Assembly (NCBI GenBank): GCA_951406725.2
Contig: OX597827.1
Span: 55,862,001-55,926,000 of the forward strand
Length of the DNA stretch: 64,000 bases
Source: Octopus vulgaris
Taxonomy: Eukaryota
Reading direction: 5' to 3'
In this document: piece by piece, positions 13,063-26,285 of the stretch
How the letters are laid out: every line of letters begins with the position of its first letter
Position numbering within the stretch: position 1 is the first letter of the stretch
Made by a program: the position numbers and the translations under genes
Notes under the pieces: model-generated
What the model saw: only the letters and a program-made list of their open reading frames with translations
Told to the model about the DNA's origin: nothing
The model's database searches: none

Positions 13063-14796
13063 TATACTAGATCACTCCAGTATGCAATCTAGATGTATGG
13101 AGGAAGTTGAATGTAAGTAAATTCAGAAGAGGAAAGGTTTTTTAAATGCAGCAGCTGACTTGTCATGGTATACATATTCAGTTTTGAATGGAAACTGGAT
13201 GATTAAAAAAACAACAACAAAAAAAAAACCCTGAGTCACATAGAATAGAAGTAAACTGAAGAAGACCATGGATGAAGTGCACTATACAGAGATCAGTGAT
13301 TTAAGCCTTACATATGAATGACAGCATGTAATTGGGCAAACAACTTATGTCAACATGGGAAAATAATGATAAAGACAGTGATTATAATGATTTTTATGAT
13401 GGCATATATGACTTATAAATCTTTATATATATACATCTAAAAGTGAAGTGAATGAGATAATAACAAAAATCTATACATAACTTAAATCTTAAATAATATA
13501 TAAAAATAGCTTTTATAGGGTGAGACTTTAATGCAGTGATGGCTATCATTAATCACAGCATTATATATCAACATGGTGAAAAATTTTAGATCCTTCTTTC
13601 TATTTCAAACTCCTTTTTTTATTTATTTATGTTTTTTGTGAGTACATGTGATCTAGTGATAAGGGTATTTGCATTCATTGTGTTGCAATCCCCAGACTGA
13701 GCAGCGCATTGTATTCTCAAGCAAAATACTTCATCTCACATTGAACTGTGATCACTTTGACATCTGAGGTGTAGCACACCATGCACCTGTCACTTCGATG
13801 GAGGTAGTGAGTTAATGTACAGCATAAACATTTGATCACTACAAACAAGTCATATGTACAGATTGTTCAGCAAGAAATTTCAGAAAATTCATCTGATGTC
13901 TAAGAGCTAAGAGCTAACTTCTTTTTTTTTTTTTTTTTTTTTGTAATTGTAATTTTTGTAATTTCCAAATATGGTAGAGGCTCACATGTGTAATACAGTG
14001 AGCCGAAAAGCTTCAATCAGCTGTGATTACCCAAACAATTAGTAAGATAAAAACTTCCTGTAGGAGTGTTGAAAACGTTTAAGTCAAATAAGGGAAATAA
14101 CTACAATAAGATTCAGCTGATTGGAACTTTTACATGATATAGAAAATAGAGTGGAGTGAGATCTTGTTTTCAAAGCCAACTAGTGAAATCAAGACATGCT
14201 TCAGTCTTACTAGACCTCTTCAGTGATGCATATTCTTCAAAGTTGGTAAGACTAAGAGTCATTATTATAGAACTAGAGGGAATGTAGAGATGTTGGTTAT
14301 GAATATCAGCAATATATGGCTGATATAATGTTTTGCATACTAAAATACAAATACAGTAGGGTATCATATATAATATAGTGAGCTGAAAAACTTCAGACAA
14401 CAAAGATTATCCATGTAATTAGTAAATAAAAACTTCCTCTAGAGGCGATTAAAAATCTAAAAACAATAAACAAAGCAGCTAGTTCCAAAGTGATCAGATG
14501 ATCAAAATTTTTGGACAACACTGGTAATGCTAATTGGAATGCAGTTTACATTGAAAACTGTCTCTAACAGCTTCAAAAACAAACAAACAAAAAATGACAA
14601 ATACAGTAAATGGCTAATGCACAGAAATCTTCACAGTAAATTTTTACTGATAATTGTTTCTTCTTTAGCAATATTCTAAGATGAAAATCTCAGAAGAATA
14701 ATAACAAGAAAAAAAAAATCAGAATAAAATCCATCATATTAGATGCAATTTAGTGGAAATATTTGCAAAGAAATTATGGGGAAGAAAAAAACTGAC

Positions 14797-14866
14797 CTTA
14801 TTTATATCCATGTAGTCTGTTGACAGAACTCCTGTTTCTTCACGCAAGGCATAACTCTGAATAATT
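14797..14866 (-). CDS. CCDC186: CCDC186-like coding exon (IIQSYALREETGVLSTDYMDINK)
   Basis: TTTTAG acceptor, GTCAGT donor, 70 nt, phase 2 to 0. Matches recalled [23 protein letters not shown]. Confidence 0.93.
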
Positions 14867-15822
14867 CTAAAATAAACAACAATAATAAAAGTTAAGTGCA
14901 TTATTGCGCTGTTGTCATTGTTTTTCTTTATTTTGGGGTTGATCATTTGTTTGTATTAAGTGTTGGGCCTATCACGCAACTCATTTTAACACAGCCACCT
15001 GGTTTGTGTTTTAGTGGATGTTACACTGTTACAAGTACTTGGACATGATCCTTGGTTAGTTCTCCAGCAGTCCTTTTCTTGTAGATGGGGTGGAGAACGG
15101 CAAAGACCATGGGTACTGGCTTTCCTCCTCTGACCATATACAGACAGGTTATGAAACCTTTAGCCTCAGAAAAGAATGGAGTTATGCTCTCAAGTGTCCT
15201 TTTTTTCAGAGTGCATGTGTGTATGTGTGGGTGGCAGTAACTGAGTGTATGTGTGTGGTGGTAACTGTGTGTGTGTGTGTGTCCATGTGTATGGTGTGTG
15301 TCCCACTCTCTCTGTGTCACTCTGTCTCTTGCTCTCTCTCTCTCTCTCCCTATGTATATATATGTATAGGCATTAGGTAGGGCATCTCTCTATCTCTCTC
15401 TCTATATATATATATAGAGAGAGAGGCACTAGGTAGGGCATCCAGCCATAAAAATCAAGCATACAGTGGAACCTGGCATAGCCCTCCTGCTTGCCAGCTT
15501 CTGTTAAGCCATCTAATCTGTACCAGCATGGAAAACAAGCTTTAAATGGTGATGATGATAATGTTCATTTTTCGTGATCATACTATAGAATAAAGAAGTC
15601 ACTACCAATACCATCAAAAGAAAGCCAGAAAAGTTGATTAGTGAAGCTTAGGATGACATGACATGTTTTTGACTTTAAATTACCCTTCCATGTGACCCAG
15701 TGCAATAAAATATGCAGGTACATTGATAAATTATTACTTCCTACACACTGCTTCTGTTAATTTCTAGTACTTAGCTCAAATATATCCATGGCTTTAAGGA
15801 GTGCAACATAAACATTATATCA

Positions 15823-15855
<33 letters not shown>

Positions 15856-15935
15856 TGTGTAGTCTTGAATCACAATATGGTTCTAATTACTAAAGTAAGG
15901 TCATAGGACATCACAGCTTACTGTTTTACTGATTA

Positions 15936-16238
<303 letters not shown>

Positions 16239-16297
16239 TCATAAACCAGAATACAATTATCAAGATCTATAGCCAACAGATCCAACTCACAATGAAT

Positions 16298-16678
16298 GAC
16301 TGTGTGGTAAGTAGCTTGCTTACGAACCACATGGTTCCGGGTTCAGTCCACTGTGTGGCGCCTTGGGCAAGTGTCTTCTACTGTAGCCTCGGGCCGACCA
16401 AAGCCTTGTGAGTAGATTTGGTAGATGGAAACTGAAAGAAGCCCGTCGTGTATATATATATATATATATGTATGTATGTGCGTGTGTATGTCCCCTCAAC
16501 ATCATTTGACAACTGATGCTGGTGTGTTTACGTCCCCATAACTTAGTGGTTCGGCAAAAGAGACTGATAGAATAAGTACTAGGTGTACAAAGAATAAGTC
16601 CTGGGGTTGATCTGCTTGACTTAAGGTCGTGCTCCAGCATGGCCACAGTCAAATGACAGAAACAAGTAAAAGAGAGAG
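16298..16678 (+). mobile_element. tRNA-derived SINE, family A
   Basis: Homologous to 3921-4327. Confidence 0.85.
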
Positions 16679-16938
16679 CTAATATATAATTTATTAAGTG
16701 TGACAATGATAAATGATCCGCTGGATTTCAATGCTGGATTCAATTCCTCTCAGTAACAGCATTGAAGTAGAATCAAGCATCAGCCAAAAGGACTACATAG
16801 CAATATAAAGTGACAGATATATAGCAGCATGATTCAGTTAACATTTCTATTCAAAAGTATTGGGAATAAATAACTGGTTGGGAAACATAGCAGACATGAA
16901 GGCAAAGTAACTACCAATTTGAACTTCAGCCTCTTTAC

Positions 16939-17109
16939 CTGGTCTGGGTTGCCATTTCTATGTATCACAGTTGACTGGACATTGTTATCGAGTGTATTTA
17001 GAGAGCCATTAGAGCTTGTACGAGAACCAAGACTTGTGCTATCTTTCTCTCCTGTATTTTCATAGTTTTCAAGTTTCCGCCTTGTGAAAGTTAACTGCCT
17101 TGTCAAATC
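16939..17109 (-). CDS. CCDC186: CCDC186-like coding exon (DLTRQLTFTRRKLENYENTGEKDSTSLGSRTSSNGSLNT...PDQ)
   Basis: TACTAG acceptor, GTAAAG donor, 171 nt. Matches recalled DLTKQLQQARRKL and SMGSRSSSSGSLN. Confidence 0.93.
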
Positions 17110-17535
17110 CTAGTAGAAATGAAAGGAAAAAAAAAATGAAAAGATATTAAAAATGAAAAAAAAAAAAAAAATCAAATACACAGAGAAAACAAGAAATAGT
17201 AATATATATATATATAATTTCTTGTAAAATAAAATATAAAGTTATCTATTATCAATGCAGATAACAGAGTTGCAATGGCTGAGTTGATAAGGAATTAGCT
17301 TTCCAATTAAATTCTAGTAAACAGTTCTCATCATTGGCATTGTAACACACCTAACTATTCTGGTTGAAAAGCAAGTAGAAAACAGAAAAATTCATGGATT
17401 GAGCATCTATTTAACTAAAATCTGATATGCATTTATTGATTAGTTCCAGATCAGCCCTAACTGAACAGACATATATATGATCAAGAACATTCTAACCATG
17501 AACATCATGTCCTTTTCTCTGGTATTATGTATCTA

Positions 17536-17998
17536 CGTGTGAGGGCACGTGGTTTAGTGGTTAGGATATTTGGCTCATGATCATAAGATTGTGAGATCAA
17601 TTCCTAGTGACGCGTTGTGTCCTTGAGCAAGACACTTTATTTCATGTTGCTCTAGTCCACTCAGCTGGCAAAAATGAGTAGTACCAGTATTTCAAAAAAG
17701 GGCCAGCCTTGTCACACTGAATCTCCTTGCGAACTATGTTAAGGGTACACGTGTCTGTGGAATGCTCAGCCACTTGCACGTTAATTTCACAAGCAAGCTG
17801 TTCTGTTGATTGTATCAGCTGGAACCCTCGTCGTCATAACCAACGGAGTGCTCCATCATGCTGAATCTCCTTGCAAACTACATTAAGGGTACACGTGTCT
17901 GTGGAATGCTCAGCCACTTGCATGTTAATTTCACGAGCAGGCTGTTCCGTTGATCGTATCAGCTGGGACCCTCGTCGTCGTAACCAACGGAGTGCTCC
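17536..17998 (+). mobile_element. tRNA-derived SINE (CCTTGAGCAAGACACTT core) with duplicated 140-bp 3' segment
   Basis: Box A TGGTTTAGTGG. TSD ATGTATCTA at 17527-17535 and 17999-18007. Tandem units 17717-17856 and 17861-18000. Confidence 0.8.
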
Positions 17999-18461
17999 AT
18001 GTATCTATAGCTGCATTATCCAATGTGCCCTTCCTTTTTAAAGCAATAGTAATTTGAAGATGATTTGGTGAGTATGTCTAGAAGATTAAACAACTACTTG
18101 GAAGCTATTATTGTCTTGTGAATTTAGTTGAGGTTTACAAAGAGTTGTTTTTTTTCTATTCATATCACTTCTACTATCCAGAAATGAATTTAAGAATTTC
18201 ATTAGACACACTGTCATTACCACTGTTGTCATCACCATCATCATTATTCAATGTCTACTCTCCATTCTGGCATAGGTTGGACAGTTTGACCAGAACTGGT
18301 ATGGCCAAGGCCGCACCAGGTTCCATTGTTTAGTCTGGCATGGTTTCTATGGACAGATGCCATTCCTAACACCAACCACTCAAAAGTACACTCTGTCGAG
18401 TGGTTAGCATTAGAAAGGCATCCAGCCATAGAAACCATGTCAGATAAGGTCTGGTGAGCTT

Positions 18462-19012
18462 TAGGTGGCGAGCTGGCAGAAATGTTAGCACGTCGGGTGA
18501 AATGCTTAGCGGTATTTCGTCTGCCGCTACATTCTGAGTTCAAATTCCGCTGAGGTCAACTTTGCCTTTCATCCTTTCGTGGTCAATTAAATAAGTACCA
18601 GTTACGCACTAGGATTGATATATATTTTTTTATTGCCCACAAGGGGCTAAACATAGAGAGGACAAACAAGGACAGACAAAGGGATTAAGTCGATTTCATC
18701 GACCCCAGTGCGAAACTGGTACTTTTATTTATCGACCCCGAAAGGATGAAAGGCAAAGTCGACCTCGGTGAATCGACTTAATCTGTTTGTCTGTCCTTGT
18801 TTGTCCTCTCTGTGTTTAGCCCCTTGTGGGTAGTAAAGAAATAGGTATTTCGTCTGCCACTACATTCTGAGTTCAAATTCTGCCAAGGTCAACTTTGCCT
18901 TTCATCCTTTCGGGGTCAACTAAATAAGTACTGAGATAATCGATTTAATCCATTTGACTGTCCTTGTTTGTCCTCTCAGTGTGTAGCTCCTTGTGAGCAG
19001 TAAAGAAATAAG
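18462..19012 (+). mobile_element. Nested family B SINE cluster (plus copy interrupted by a minus copy, followed by a second plus copy)
   Basis: Segments about 18462-18620 (+), 18625-18770 (-), 18771-18844 (+) and 18845-19012 (+) all match family B. Confidence 0.8.
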
Positions 19013-19470
19013 AAACCATGTCAAATAATTTCAGTCTTCCCTTGCCTGAGTGGCTGTTTCATTTTTAGTTTTTTAATTAATAAATTTAATAATTCCAGTG
19101 AAATAAAGATTAAACTGACAAAACCAAAATTTGAATTACAGCAGTTTAAGTTCCCAAACTGTTACTAACAATTTTAAATCTTTATGCTTTTGCTAACCTA
19201 ACTGAATCAATGGGGATCTGAAATAATGGTGAATATTTTATAGAAGTTCCTAGCATAAGACATTTGGCAAATAAAGTAAACATTTAAACAGTTACAAGAA
19301 GATTATATTGCATAGATTTCAATATTGTAATTTAGCAACTCATAGCTCTATGATGAGGTCCCTGAATACCAACTTAATTTTTCACTCTAAAAGAAACTGA
19401 TAAAAAGTAAGAAATGCCAATTAAACTTGGCAGATAAGAAGAAAGGAAACTGGCAGAGGATTACTTAAAG

Positions 19471-20170
19471 AACTAGAAAAGCATTCAGAGAGTGCAGACC
19501 TCCGCCAAGCAGCTCATTTCCACCTATATAAATGCATGCTGAAAATCGCTCAATTTCCCACACCAACGCTGGCAAAAACATAACCTCCTTGGTGGGGTTA
19601 AAAAGAAAAATAACACAGCCATATGGTTAAAAAAAAAAACCCTTGAAAAACAGGAATCATATGAAGCAGTTATAATACATCAATGACAACAGCAAGCTAG
19701 TTTCACAGCGGCAGTGGAAGGAGCAAAGCCTGAGATTTTTGAGTCGATCCCAATAGTCAGGGCTTATCATGTCATCTTCTGCAGACCTCCACCAAGCAGT
19801 TCATTTTAAGATAGATATGCGGATAAAATTACTAATAGAGAAACAAAAATAAACTTTGGAAACAGCAATGCCATCATAGGTTATGTGGAGACGATGAACG
19901 GTTTTTTTTTCAAGGGAGATAATCAAAGAATGTAAGATTGTAATACTTCATGTAAAGTAAATATAACAAATGAGAAATCTTTCTAGAATCCATGAAAATT
20001 TCCAAATCACTACCAAAATTTAATCATCTATTCCTTATGTCATTACCAACTTTTCCTGCAAGTTTCATCAAATACCATTCACAACTTTTTGAGTTATTTT
20101 GCACAGAGACAGATAAATGGACAACCCAATGCCGATGAAAACATAATCTCCTTCCTTGGCGGAAGTAATA
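19471..20170. mobile_element. Helentron/HINE-like non-autonomous element(s)
   Basis: Subterminal ACCTCCGCCAAG and terminal CTTGGCGGAAGTAA inverted motifs, shared with 40635 and 56032. Confidence 0.5.
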
Positions 20171-20246
20171 AGTGTTAACATTTTTAGGACTAAATACAAA
20201 AGAGAAAATATAATTGGAATCAATTTTAATTCAGATTCTAGCTTAC

Positions 20247-20326
20247 TTTAATGTTATTGGTGTGTTTCCTTTTAAGGGTTCGTATATCATCTTTGGCTTC
20301 TTCAAGCTGTACTCCAAGTTCCTCCA
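20247..20326 (-). CDS. CCDC186: CCDC186-like coding exon (VEELGVQLEEAKDDIRTLKRKHTNNIK)
   Basis: ATCCAG acceptor, GTAAGC donor, 80 nt, phase 1 to 0. Matches recalled KDELVTQRRKHASSIK. Confidence 0.92.
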
Positions 20327-20766
20327 CTGGATAACAGGGGAAAAAAAAAAAGAATGTGCTTAACAATGATATCAAAAATTAAGTTTGTCTTAATATTTAG
20401 ATAAAATTACACAGTATAACATGCTTTTTGTCTTTGGATAGCAACTGTTATTTCCTATTTGCTTACTCCTGAAAAGCATGAAAAAATGGTTAATATTTCC
20501 TTCAAACTTTACTTTTCTTACATCTATTCAAACCCCACCAAAAATTCCTCTCAACACATGGCTATCATACTCCCCTACTTCTCATCATCAGAGATGCACA
20601 TATTGTTAGCCACTAAGAAAAGATGATAAGACTGGCAGTACCCCAGCATGGCTATAGCGTTTGGGCTAAAATGCACAAAAGAATAAAAGAATATACACAC
20701 ACACACATGTTTGTGTATATATAACAGCAATTAAAATTCTGCTTTACATATTGAGTACCTCTTCTT

Positions 20767-20803
<37 letters not shown>

Positions 20804-21049
20804 AAGAGAGAGAGATCATTTCTACAGTTACTTTTCTATGCTTGCATGTATCTGCTGGAATTTATTGAGGCAGATTTTTATTGAAGATCAGAAAGGAATC
20901 TTTCAAAAGTATAACAAGTACAATTAGTTAAAAAATCTCTACAAACTAGATAGCTCTAATGACTACAGAAACTAAATCTATCATGATAAATTAAAAAGAA
21001 AACAAATTACACAAAAAAAAATTCTTCAAGAAAGGAAACATAAACTCAC

Positions 21050-21134
21050 CTGATTTACTTTTATCTGCTAGTTGTGTTGTAAGAGTAGTTGTTTCTTCCT
21101 GCCGTTTTTGTGTTTCTTCCTCCAAACTTTTATG
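21050..21134 (-). CDS. CCDC186: CCDC186-like coding exon (HKSLEEETQKRQEETTTLTTQLADKSKS)
   Basis: TCCTAG acceptor, GTGAGT donor, 85 nt, phase 0 to 1. Confidence 0.88.
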
Positions 21135-22222
21135 CTAGGAAAGAACAAACCAAGTATGTTTTAGAAAGTTGTGTTACATGTTTTTTTAAATGGCTCCTTT
21201 ATAGAACCAAGCTGTATCGGCCTTTGCCTTTCCCTTGCATAACACTGGTGATGTGGAGAGGGGAGGCCGGTATGCATGGGTGACTGCTGGTCTTCCATAA
21301 ACAACCTTGCCCGGACTTGTGCCTGGGAGGGTAACTTTCTAGGCGCAATCCCATGGTCTGTCATGACCAAAGGGGGTCTCTCAACATTATGCATATTGAT
21401 TAGTATTCATTTTTCATATATATTTGTGAATATATGTTGTTATTTGGAATGCCAAGAGTCATACAATCTCCTGAAGTATTTTTTGTATGCCTTGGCACAT
21501 ACTAGTCATATACAGAAAAAAAGTTTGATTCAAGTATGTCGTACTTTTGTTACATTTTTAATCTACTAGTTAACATAACTATCACTTAACCAATGATATA
21601 CACCAACAAAAGTTTTAATTAAATTCTTCTTAGATGTCTTAGTTAAGCATTTTTCATTTTCAAATTTTAAATGTCTATACCAATCATTTCAACTACATCA
21701 ATTACCTGCTCCACTTTGTACCAAGGCACTCAGTAATACATATTTTTAAATATCAGATTTATGGATCAGTTGTCTTGCCTACACCAATTAGCTATCTAGT
21801 CCAGGCAACATGATGGGTAAGATAGGGTGGGAGAGAGAGAGAGAGTATGTGTATGTGATAGATGGGAGAAATAAAGTGAGAGGAAAGGGTGGTTGGTGGA
21901 GAGAGATTCGAAAATAGATCCAAATCCCTCGTCACCACAGTTTTTATGTTTGTTTTACTTAATTTGCATGGACTGGGTGAGTCTTCTCCAGTCCAGCATC
22001 TCTCCTCTTATTGTGGTCCTGGTCATCTTCTTTCTGAGGTTCAGCCTCTTGAGATCAGTCATCAGTACTTTGTTCCATATCTTATTTGGTCTCATGCTTT
22101 CACAGAGTCTATCCACTCAAAGTGTTCCACACTTTGTACAACTGGCATCTACAACTGGCATTTACACACAAACATACACATACATACAAAAATCTATTGC
22201 ACAAAGATTCAAAAGTATTTAC

Positions 22223-22297
22223 CAATTCTTGGCACTTTGTTTCTGATTCTTCAAGTTTAACCTTGATAACATTTAACTCTTCCTCTAACGAAAGCAC
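22223..22297 (-). CDS. CCDC186: CCDC186-like coding exon (VLSLEEELNVIKVKLEESETKCQEL)
   Basis: AATAG acceptor, GTAAAT donor, 75 nt, phase 0-0, heptad pattern. Confidence 0.85.
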
Positions 22298-22678
22298 CTA
22301 TTAATAAAGAAATTGGATAAATTAATAAAGAAATTTAATAAATATTAATAAAGAAATTGAATAAAAAAAATTCTGTAGTAAGGTTTCCTGGAGACAATGG
22401 CAAATATTTGACATGAAAAATATTGGAAAAGTATTTGCATCTGCATGTTGTACAAATGACCTTTTTTTTAAAAAAAAAGAAACCTTTTGGAGTTTATCAG
22501 TATTTAACAGGAGTTGATGGAATAGTAGAACATAAGACTTGATATTTTACAAAATTTGTAATACACCAAGATGTTCTTTTACTTTTGTATGATTTTGTTA
22601 TGAGGACTGTGCTTTTAATTTTTCTCAAAATTTCCAAGGCAGATTTGGGTAAGGAAGAAAAAAAAAATGATGATTTAA

Positions 22679-22892
22679 CCCTTTAGCATTCAGATTACTT
22701 TGTCAAATATAATGCTCATTTATTTACATTTTCTTGGATTAATTATGCTTTATCTCATAGCTTTGATATTTCAATGATGTGATTATTTAATTTTTAGACT
22801 GACATTGTAGGATAAGTGTAAGATCTGGCTGATTTCAACATAAAACAGGTAGTATATTTTGGCTGGATATGGCCAGCTTAAATGCTAAAAGG
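22679..22892. mobile_element. piggyBac-like MITE
   Basis: TTAA|CCCTTTAGCATT ... AATGCTAAAAGG|TTAA. Confidence 0.7.
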
Positions 22893-24844
22893 TTAAGGGT
22901 TATTGTCAGACCAAGGACATAGTCCAGACACTTGCAACAAAGCGGACTCCTCAATAGATTAAATGATTTTGGAAAGAAATGACCCATTGTAGAATTAGAA
23001 GCTCTTTGCAATAGTGAAATCAATTAAAAAATGCAACAAAATCCTATGGAGATAAAAAATTGAAATAGGTTACAAATCAATAAACAGAAATTGTTCTCTA
23101 TGATAGTCAACCTAAATCTGTTATCAAAAATATTAAACTGTGTCACTGAAGGCTACAGCTCTCTGTGTTCTCATACAAAATACAATACTGACTAGGAAGA
23201 CAGGATTTGGCTGTAGTTGCCTTAAATGGAATTTTCTCAATTGCTAAAGACAACAAATTAATGCCAAATGGATAGATAAATAAAACAAAGAATATTCATG
23301 AAGAGACAAGATAGCTAGGCTTAAATAGACAAATTGCTTATTCATATAGATATGATTGTAATGACTTATTAAGACAATGTGCTTCAGATAAAATACTATG
23401 TCTGATATATGTATGTAAGGGCAAAATCTAACTTTATCAAAATTACAACTGGCCAACTTATACTATCAGTAAAAACTTTGATATTGTAGGTTGAAAATCA
23501 ATTACTAAAATGGAAAAGTCTTACATGTGACTATAGTTGATGAGTTTATGCAACAACCTTTCACATTTGCCTTAAGGAAAGCAAATGATATTGGAAATTT
23601 ACAATAGTTTGACATTTGCCTAAGTGAAATTGGCAAAGTCATTAATAGGTTGTCCAGGATATTGTTTCCATCATCATCATCTCCATCACCATCATCATTT
23701 AACATAGTTTGCCATGCTGGTATGGGTTGCACGGTCTGACCAGAGCTGGCAAGCCGGAGAGCTGCACCAAGTTACAGTCTGATTTAGCCTACTTTCAATG
23801 GCTGGATGCCCTTCCTAATGCCAACCACTTTATGGTGAGTTGGGTGCTTTTTACATGATACCACCACAGGTGCTTTAATGTGGCATCAGCAAAGGTGTTA
23901 TTGGATGGTGCTGGCATGGGAGCTTCTTATATTGTGTTAGCATGGGTGCTTTTTACATGGCACCAATTTGTTCTGTGTATATTTTTGCAGTTCATAATTT
24001 TAGAGCCAATAAAATTCTTTTACCCCACTTCCAGCCTTCTCCTTTTTCATAATTTCAGGCCACTATTTTCCATTGAAATAACTAGTACCTGTATTTCCCA
24101 GACTTAAGAGAATTAAGTTCAATTTATTGTTCTCATCTATCTAAGAAATTTTTCAAACTAGATAATGAATTTATGAAAGGCTTCTGTAAAATCATGCTTA
24201 GACAGATTGATTCTTACTGGTGACAAAGCTGAATATAGTATCTTCTGAAAAGTTAAAATTGGCGTAATTTGTAATTTCAAAGAATCGATATCTATTTCAC
24301 ATGTAAGCATTGTTGACTCATAAAGACATTTTATACCCTTTTAATAATAAATAGGAGGTTGATAGTACTAACAATAAGAAAGTGCAATACAATTTTTGTG
24401 CTTGGAAAGTAGCTGTTATTTCCTATTTACTTGTCCCTAGAAAGTATGGAAAACGGCTAATATTTCCTTCAAATTTTGCTTTTTTTACATTCAAGCCCCA
24501 AAGAATCCTTCTTAACACATAGCTATCATCTCCCCATATTTCTGCTCATCATCAGAGATGCACATATTGTCAGACACTAAGAGATATGCTCAAGTGGTTG
24601 AGCAGAATATTTGCTATAATGATATTTTTGCTTTAGCAACTCAGCACTGAATCTACTTCAAATGTAATGGAAAATAGGTCAGTTTCAAAACATTGATGTC
24701 GAGGTCACAAAAGCAAAGTTTGAATGGAATAATAGTGATTTCCTTTGATTTCTAGATAGATGGAAATAGAAAACACTTACTGACCAAAGACAGTAAAAAA
24801 ATAAAATTTTGTTATACAACATCAGGTGTAGTGTGCAAGAAAAA

Positions 24845-25352
24845 AGACTGCACTGGCATCGCCATATAATCCATATGAATGAGGATAGTTGCATCAAGAG
24901 GAGCTGATCTCTAATTGTAGATGAAACATACGGAAGGGTAAACCCAGGTAGACATGGCACAACGTGGTGAGGAAGGATCTACCAATGATGGGACTCACAG
25001 AGGGAATGACAGGGGACCGAGACTTCTGCAGTTTGTCATGCTTGAAAAGACATGCCAAGCTAAGTAAAAGCATGGTTACCTTTGCATCCAGGCTTGTCCC
25101 TTACAATCCTCTCTAGCTGAGCATCCCTAATCTTTCTGGCTTGTAAGTGCTGGTGCCACATAAAAAACACTCGTATAGGTGCTGTGTAAAAGCACTCACT
25201 ACACCCTGTGAAGTAGTTGGCATTAGGAAGGGCATCCAGCCATAAAAACCAAGCCAAAACAGACATGGAGCCTGAAGAGCCCTTCAGCTGATCAGCTTCT
25301 GTCAAACCATCCAGTCCATACCAACATGGAAAATGGACATTAAATGACGATA
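24845..25352 (+). mobile_element. RTE-clade LINE 3' fragment plus 3' UTR
   Basis: Degenerate LHWHRHIIHMNEDSCIKRS..GR..PR.TW.NVVRKDL, then the GGCATTAGGAAGGGCATCCAGCC...CATGGAAAATGGACATTAAATGA tail. That tail recurs alone at about 23690, 35440, 37150, 41860, 45303, 58980 and 61395. Confidence 0.65.
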
Positions 25353-25813
25353 AGGTAATTTTAGAATATCCAATACTGTATTCCTTCCTTGAACTATATA
25401 TATATATACTTTATTCAAAAGCCATTAAAAGAGATTGTAAATCAATGAAAACTAACCAAATTTTCTCCAAAAATACAAAATCTAGTGTCTGTAGTTTGAG
25501 TGCTAGCTTTTGTATGTTCCTTACTAAAATCAACAGGTTTGCATACACAACAATTATTAGATTATTACAGTAAGAACTCAAGGGAGAAAAGTCATTCAGG
25601 CATTAGTCTAGCTGGTTGTTAATTTGTGCTCTGAATTCAGATCTTGTCAAACTGCAATGTTCCACAAAGTCAGTGAAATAAATAAACAGAAATAAAGTGG
25701 ATCAGGAGTTTGAAACCTTGACCCATATCAAAGTAAATCTAATGTGAGAGTCACTAATAAGTGATTGAATAGCCAATATAATGCAATAGCAAGGGAAAAC
25801 AAAACAAGCTTAC

Positions 25814-25994
25814 TTTATTATTCACAGTTATATTTTCAGACTGCAGGTGAGCATTCTTTGCACTCAAATTAGCAGTCAATTCCAGTAGCTCAGATTCCCG
25901 CACCTTACATGATTCAATATCTGTTTTTATGTCAGTGCATTGCTGACTCTGTTCTGAAAGTTTTTCCTGCATTGCAGATAATTCCTCTTGATTC
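25814..25994 (-). CDS. CCDC186: CCDC186-like coding exon (NQEELSAMQEK...RESELLELTANLSAKNAHLQSENITVNNK)
   Basis: TTACAG acceptor, GTAAGC donor, 181 nt, phase 2 to 0. RESELL..T..L..KNA.LQSE is a recalled CCDC186 motif. Confidence 0.93.
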
Positions 25995-26104
25995 CTGTAA
26001 AATATGATGAAGATTGCAAAACCAAATTAAAATAATATATTTACAAATATATTTATACATATTTACAAACACACACGCACATATATACATACATACATAT
26101 ATAC

Positions 26105-26285
26105 GCATTTTTTTCTCTCCTTGTTTCTTTCTGTGTTTCTTTACTGGGTATCTTTCTGTTGAAGAGCGTAGGCTCGAAACGTAAAAGACTTGTTTTATTT
26201 ATATTCCTGAGCGCCATACTAATACAATTGTTTATTTGTATTCCACCTGCCTTTGTCTTTTGTTTATTTTCATAAAGCTTCCCGT
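26105..26285 (+). mobile_element. Short Penelope-type repeat in TA-rich microsatellite carrying a minimal hammerhead-like motif
   Basis: TCTTT-CTGTTGA-A-GAGC-GTAG-GCTC-GAAA-CG-TA-AAAGA at 26151-26188, with TA-rich repeats on both flanks. Confidence 0.55.

Noticed and set aside
1-14796. Expected terminal CCDC186 exon(s) (GGIMAS.Y...[24 protein letters not shown]-like)
   Set aside because: Not found by manual reading, so presumed outside the window. TBLASTN with an ortholog C-terminus would settle it.
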